Shown here piece by piece: positions 63,817 through 64,000 of a DNA stretch of 64,000 nucleotides. The stretch's first letter is position 1, and every line of letters begins with the position of its first letter. Made by a program: the position numbers and the translations under genes. Origin of the DNA: Alphaproteobacteria bacterium (GTDB lineage: Bacteria > Pseudomonadota > Alphaproteobacteria > Bin95); NCBI GenBank assembly GCA_964291285.2, contig OZ219787.1, positions 1,216,001 to 1,280,000 on the forward strand. The letters are read 5' to 3'. The notes below the pieces were generated by a model. That model saw only the letters and a list, made by a program, of their open reading frames with translations, was not told the origin of the DNA and made no database searches.

Positions 63817-64000
63817 CTCTGCCTCCCCGGATGCTTGTGGGCTTCATACCAACGGTCATTGATCGGAACCCATGCCGGCAGCCGCCCCTTTTCGTCGCCC
63901 CGGCTCGGGGGCCGGGGCGACGGTGAAGCGCGACCTCTCATGAGTCGTAACCCGGCACCGCGGTTATCGGGCCCTGACCGGCGGGTCCGTCTCGCTCGTC

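Noticed and set aside
63844-63872. ATACCAACGGTCATTGATCGGAACCCA, resembling the end of a small alphaproteobacterial repeat/MITE
   Set aside because: No partner end or second copy inside the window, so it cannot be supported

Overview
GC-rich chromosomal segment of an alphaproteobacterium. The assignment rests on a GAAC-N7-GAAC LexA box and on the conserved gene orders trpG-trpD-trpC-moaC-moeA-lexA/comEC/gltX-gltA and glyA-nrdR-ribD-ribE-ribB-ribH-nusB-thiL. The housekeeping backbone (murJ, glnD, tRNA-Ala, folD, trp, moa/moe, ilvIHC, map, radC, rib) is interrupted by three mobile elements whose ends can be read from the sequence. (1) A 3.2-kb IS66-family element (24-bp perfect IRs, 8-bp TSD) carries a DUF4338/DruA-like passenger and sits after the third codon of an ABC transporter substrate-binding gene. 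(2) A 3.1-kb IS1-family cargo element (22-bp perfect IRs, 8-bp TSD) carries a DNA methyltransferase-HNH nuclease fusion whose likely start codon is one base out of frame across a C9 homopolymer, a candidate phase-variable or slippage switch, plus three small orphan genes. (3) An IS621-like IS110 has a readable bridge RNA whose guides match its own donor junction and, partly, its insertion site. The right end holds a surface-glycan cluster (GT25 x2 plus a remnant, GT4, TupA-like ATP-grasp) and a repeat-rich region with a direct-repeat-flanked pair of paralogous TM/coiled-coil genes. All family calls come from motif recognition by eye; no searches were run.
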